From: Scenedesmus sp. PABB004
Lineage: Eukaryota
NCBI GenBank assembly: GCA_014905635.1
Contig: JABVCE010000038.1
Location: 186,001 to 246,936 of the forward strand
Length of the DNA: 60,936 nucleotides
Reading direction: 5' to 3'
Shown here: positions 58,921-60,936 of the stretch, piece by piece
Layout of the letters: each line of letters starts with the position of its first letter
Position numbering within the stretch: position 1 is the stretch's first letter
Translations under genes and position numbers: made by a program
The notes under the pieces: generated by a model
Database searches by the model: none
The model's input: only the letters and a program-made list of their open reading frames with translations
What the model was told of the DNA's origin: nothing

Positions 58921-60936
58921 CCCCGCCCCGCCGCTAAACCCCGCCAACCCAGATGTTCCGGCGCAAGAAGTGGCGCTACCTCATCCTCGACGAGGCGCAC
59001 ATGATCAAAAACTGGAAGAGCCAGCGCTGGCAGACGCTGCTGCGCTTCAACTCCAAGCGCCGCCTGCTCATCACCGGCACACCGCTGCAGGCGCGGCGGC
59101 GCGGCGCGCGGCGCGGCGCGCGCGCGCGCACGGCCGTGGGGGGCGCGCCGCGCCGCGCCGCCGCCGCGCCCCTCCCACCGCGCGCGCGCGCCGCCCGCCC
59201 CGCTGTCCCGCCGCCGCCGCCGCCGGTGTCCTCTCTGACGGTGTGACTGTCATATAACATCGTTACACTGACACTAACAGAACGACCTGATGGAGCTCTG
59301 GTCGCTCATGCACTTCCTCATGCCCGCCGTCTTCTCCAGCCACGCCCAGGCGCGGCGCCCGCGGCGGCGGCGGCGGCGGCGCGGCGGCCGCGCGGCGCGC
59401 GGCGGCGGCGGCGCGGGGCGGCGGGGCTGCGCTGTGCACGCACGCGCGCGGCGGGGCGGCCGCCGCCCCGCCCCGCCCCCCGGGCCCTGCCCCGCCAAGC
59501 CGTCCTCCTTCTGACCCCCGCGCGCGCCTCCTCCCCCTGCCCCCGCCCCGCGCCCCGCCGCCCCCCTCAGTTCAAGGACTGGTTCAGCAACCCGCTGACC
59601 GGCGCGGTCGAGGCGGGCACCGAGGTGTGCGGGCAGCTCGTGGAGCGCCTGCACGGCGTGCTGCGCCCCTTCCTGCTGCGGTGAGGCGCTGCGCCCGCGC
59701 TGCGCCCGCGCCCCGCGCGCGCGCGCGCTCTCGCGCACGTGCGCCCACGCGCCTGTCGCCCACGCCGCGCGCCCGCCCCACACCCGTGTCCCCCCCCCCC
59801 CAGGCGGCTGAAGAGCGAGGTCGAGAAGCAGATGCCGCCGAAGCACGAGCACGTGCTGCCCTGCCGCCTCTCCAAGCGCCAGCGCGCGCTGTACGACGAG
59901 TACATGGCCCGGGCGGAGACGCGCGCCGCGATGTCGGGCGGCAACTTCATGGGCGTCATTAACGTGCTCATGCAGCTCCGCAAGGCACGGCGGGCGGGGG
60001 CGTGAGCTGGGAGGCGGGGCGTAGCTGGGTGGCGGCGGGGTTTAAGCGGAGAGGCGGGGTGGGGTTTAAAAGGGGCTGGTGCTAAACCCCGGCCGAGGAG
60101 GGCGGATTGAGCGCGGGCGCGGGCGGGGGGCGGCTGGGACGGAGCGCGCAACGCCCGGCGCCCAGCGCGCTGCCCCGCACCCCCCCCCCCTCAACGCGCC
60201 CGCCCGCCCGCGCGCCGCCCGCCGCCGCGGCGCCCGCAGGTGTGCAACCACCCTGACCTGTTTGAGGGGCGCAGCATCGTGTCGGCGTACGACATGCCGC
60301 CCCTCACGCTGCGCCTGCCCTCGGCCGCGCTCGGCCTCGTGCCCGACGACGCCGACGTCGCGTCGCGCCTCGGCGCGCTCGGGCTGCTCCCGCGGGCGGC
60401 TGCGGCGCGTGGGAGCACGCCGGCGCCGCGGCGTGGGAGGCGGCCGACGTCGCCGCGCTCGCGGCGCGCCGGCCGACTTTGCGGCCGCGACGGGCGCCGC
60501 GGCGCCGACCCGTGCGGCGGCGCGGCGGCGGCAGCGCGCTGCTGCGCGCCGGCGCGGCGGCCGCGGCCGACGCGGGCCTGGCGCGCGGGGGCGGCGCGCG
60601 GCGCGGCGGCCGCCGGCGTCGCCGGCGGCGGCGGCGTGGGCACGCGCGGCGCGTACGGCGGCCGCGCGGCCGCTGCGGCGTCGGCGGGCGACGTGGTGCG
60701 GCACACGCACGCGCAGCTCATGCTCGGCTCGGGCGCGGCCGTGGCGCTGACCCAGGTGCTCGGCGCGCAGTGGGCCGCCGCGGGCGCGTGGCGGCTCTCG
60801 CGCGTCGCGCTCGCCGCGGCGCTCAGCATGGAGCGCGTGCGGCGTCGACGCGTGCGGGCCCGCCGGCCGCCGGCGCCAGCGGGCCGCTCGTGTCGGGCGG
60901 CTGGCTGCCGGCGACGCGTGCGGCGTGCCGGTCGGC
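54520..60936 (+). CDS. SWR1: SWR1/SRCAP/PIE1 chromatin-remodelling ATPase (H2A.Z deposition); 3' end runs off the window
   Basis: HSA domain [116 protein letters not shown]. Confidence 0.96.
55302..55357. repeat. 20-bp tandem repeat x3 in SWR1 intron 1
   Basis: gtgccacgctgcgcgcccgc repeated. Confidence 0.8.
57997..58078. repeat. Intronic (CTCACACG)n-type minisatellite
   Basis: Reiterated ctcacacg / ctcacacgcacg units. Confidence 0.85.
58273..58421. repeat. Compound (GT)n/(GGGT)n/(GCGT)n microsatellite at the 5' end of an SWR1 intron
   Basis: Direct reading. Confidence 0.95.
58886..58917. repeat. (CA)n microsatellite at the 3' end of the same SWR1 intron
   Basis: Direct reading. Confidence 0.95.

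Noticed and set aside
4099..60239. Introns as an introner (mobile intron) family
   Set aside because: Apart from shared GCGC-rich ends, intron interiors show no mutual sequence similarity by eye.
1..60936. Prokaryotic operon or defence-island interpretation
   Set aside because: Spliceosomal introns and eukaryote-specific genes (SWR1, ARMC8, NDUFA13) show this is nuclear eukaryotic DNA; no transposase, integrase or reverse transcriptase motifs were seen.

Overview
Eukaryotic, extremely GC-rich (roughly three quarters or more by eye, not computed), gene-dense and intron-rich nuclear DNA. Gene content (OPR protein, BASS4-like transporter, transit peptides, TGTAA signal) points to a chlorophyte green alga, probably Chlorophyceae (inference). 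Most ORFs in the supplied track are GC-rich shadow frames; the real genes are spliced and were rebuilt by hand from conserved motifs. About 17 genes are present: Xaa-Pro aminopeptidase (partial), GH5 mannanase, degenerate septin-like protein, MFS sugar porter, BASS4-like, SLC35F6-like, OPR protein, UNG, At4g00755-like, GID4, CABIN1-like, NDUFA13, two unknown membrane proteins, Methyltransf_22 protein, ARMC8/GID5 and SWR1/PIE1 (partial). Main findings: (1) about 1.5 kb of non-coding sequence at 1650-3150 tiled by at least seven back-to-back long hairpins of unrelated sequence, with a possible long-range closing stem (candidate large structured ncRNA or small-RNA precursor cluster); (2) about one third of the introns that could be reconstructed use GC rather than GT donors; (3) long introns have complementary ends; (4) GID4, GID5 and an Xaa-Pro aminopeptidase (Pro/N-degron pathway families) are linked in one window. 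Several apparent frameshifts are most likely assembly indels.
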